A DNA stretch of 64,000 nt. Origin: Dehalococcoidia bacterium (lineage in GTDB: Bacteria; Chloroflexota; Dehalococcoidia; Lucifugimonadales; JAGWBF01). The stretch lies in contig CBDCZB010000004.1 of NCBI GenBank assembly GCA_965224415.1, positions 667,070 to 731,069 of the forward strand. The letters run 5' to 3'. Within the stretch, counting starts at the first letter, position 1; every line of letters begins with the position of its first letter. The notes below the pieces were generated by a model that was not told where the DNA came from, did no database searches, and saw only the letters and a list, made by a program, of their open reading frames with translations. Below, piece by piece: positions 62,856-64,000 of this stretch. Both the position numbers and the translations under genes were made by a program.

Positions 62856-62920
62856 GAGTCTCCCTCCTTCATCTATTGGGGGTCTATCGGGCGTCTATTG
62901 GGGTCTGGAAACCCGCTCGT

Positions 62921-63988
62921 CTATATCTGCCGCAACCTGGGGTCCAGCTTGTCCCGGAGCCAGTCGCCCAGCAGGTTCATAGACAGCACAGTCAACACTA
63001 TAGCCAATCCTGGAAATAGGGAAACCCACCAAGCGGTCCGAATGATGAGGTCCCGCCCGTCGGAGACTATGTTCCCCCACGTCGGGTCCGGCTCCGGGAT
63101 CCCCAATCCCAGGAAGCTGAGTGAAGACTCGATTATGATGACGTAGCCGACCTGCAATGTGGCCAACACAACCAGGCTGTTGAAGATGTTGGGCAGGATG
63201 TACCTGGCCATGATCCGCACGTCAGAGCACCCCGCGACTCTGGCCCTGGCCACGAAGTCGTGGTGGGTGAGGCTCAAGGCCTCTCCTCGCACTAGCCGCG
63301 CGTACTGGGCCCACAGTGAACCCACTACCACGGAAATCAGAATGGTCATTCCCGGCTGGAAGACCACCACCAACACCAGGGCCACCAGGATTGCGGGCAG
63401 AGCGATGACCATGTCTATGAGCCTGGATATGATGTAGTCAACCCAACCGCCCAAGAATCCGGCCATAAGCCCAAGTGTGACGCCGATGGCTCCGGAACAG
63501 GCAATAACTATCAGGGATATGATCAGCGATATCCGAGCGCCGTAAATCATGCGGCTAAGCAAATCCCTGCCAAGGCCGTCCGTGCCAAACGGATAGGCCC
63601 AATCGCCGCCCACTCTATCCACTATCTGTATTTGGTCGCCTATGGCGAGGTCGGGCTTGAAGTCGAGGACCTGCCCCACAGCCGTGCCCTCGGTCAACTG
63701 CCTGGCGCTGGCAAGGGGAATCTGCGTCTGGCGGTCTTCGCGGTTTTCCACCCGCTCCACGACAGTCTTGGTTAGCACCTTTTGGCCCATCCATGCAGGC
63801 GGCGCCAGGCGATTGAACAGGTTCTGCTCCAGGGGGTCGTGGGGCGCAATCAGACCGGTGAAGGCGGCGGGAATGATTAGGACCAACGCCAGAACGATCA
63901 CGGGGAATACAGGGTATCGTCGGAAGACTCCAAGACCGAGCCTAACCCCTGGTAACGTTAATTGACGGCGGACCGGTAAGTTTGCCAT
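62921..63988 (-). CDS. ABC transporter permease (OppC-like with a long periplasmic N-terminal loop)
   Basis: GTDGLGRDLLSR and HHDFVARARVAGC EAA loop. 355 aa. Confidence 0.85.
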   Translation of the reverse strand: MANLPVRRQLTLPGVRLGLGVFRRYPVFPVIVLALVLIIPAAFTGLIAPHDPLEQNLFNRLAPPAWMGQKVLTKTVVERVENREDRQTQIPLASARQLTEGTAVGQVLDFKPDLAIGDQIQIVDRVGGDWAYPFGTDGLGRDLLSRMIYGARISLIISLIVIACSGAIGVTLGLMAGFLGGWVDYIISRLIDMVIALPAILVALVLVVVFQPGMTILISVVVGSLWAQYARLVRGEALSLTHHDFVARARVAGCSDVRIMARYILPNIFNSLVVLATLQVGYVIIIESSLSFLGLGIPEPDPTWGNIVSDGRDLIIRTAWWVSLFPGLAIVLTVLSMNLLGDWLRDKLDPRLRQI

Positions 63989-64000
63989 TCCGGAAAGGAC

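Noticed and set aside
63984-64000. TGCCATTCCGGAAAGGAC at the window edge, as another family A repeat copy.
   Set aside because: Only the first 8-10 nt match, and the window ends before a stem partner could be seen. It is mentioned in the repeat finding but not called as a feature.

Overview
This is a high-GC (about 60% by eye) bacterial chromosomal window that is densely coding. I saw no rRNA and no CRISPR array. There is one tRNA and one IS element.

Gene content suggests a Chloroflexota genome, probably a marine SAR202-like lineage. This is inference, not a database result. The supporting genes are several luciferase-like (LLM/F420-type) oxidoreductases plus an NADPH:F420 reductase, a LonC-type protease, an auracyanin-like cupredoxin, the DapL route to lysine, archaeal-type ApgM, DUF3105 proteins, CaiB-type CoA-transferases, MmgE/PrpD proteins and peptide-type ABC genes.

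Layout:
- 1-11.9 kb, minus strand: a long housekeeping array of tsaC, rpiB, a polyprenyl-synthase-like gene, pgk, apgM, tpiA, miaA, dapF, dapL, hflX and an epoxide hydrolase.
- 12-20.2 kb, plus strand: guaA, purD, purE, a HAD phosphatase, purB, purC, DUF3105, purS, DUF3105.
- 20.2-26.6 kb, minus strand: hisZ-like, hisG, a Zn-phosphoesterase-like gene, hisD, hisC, hisB.
- 26.8-38 kb: mixed genes, namely npdG, a LonC-like protease, an HTH protein, a methyltransferase, a CitE-like lyase, an SDR, an IS630 element, a VOC protein, dnaN, a cupredoxin and a small exporter.
- 38-48 kb: purN and an organic-acid/CoA metabolism island.
- 48-64 kb: a brnTA remnant, tRNA-Thr, and a peptide-type ABC importer region carrying two paralogous substrate-binding proteins (SBPs), a flavin monooxygenase, a lactonase and an aldolase.

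Observations most worth follow-up:
- A mosaic-conserved promoter, operator and roughly 170-nt 5' leader shared by the two SBP genes. This is a candidate cis-regulatory RNA.
- A zinc phospholipase-C-fold protein translationally coupled inside the his operon. This is a candidate for the missing histidinol-phosphate phosphatase.
- Two DUF3105 paralogues bracketing purS.
- A catalytically degenerate polyprenyl-synthase homologue inside a glycolytic operon.
- hflX has no canonical start codon and sits in frame behind the dapL stop.
- The IS630 element sits in the loop of a terminator hairpin.
- Three families of short palindromic repeats.
- A lower-GC orphan islet at 58-59.6 kb.

All family assignments come from reading motifs by eye and should be confirmed with HMM or BLAST searches.
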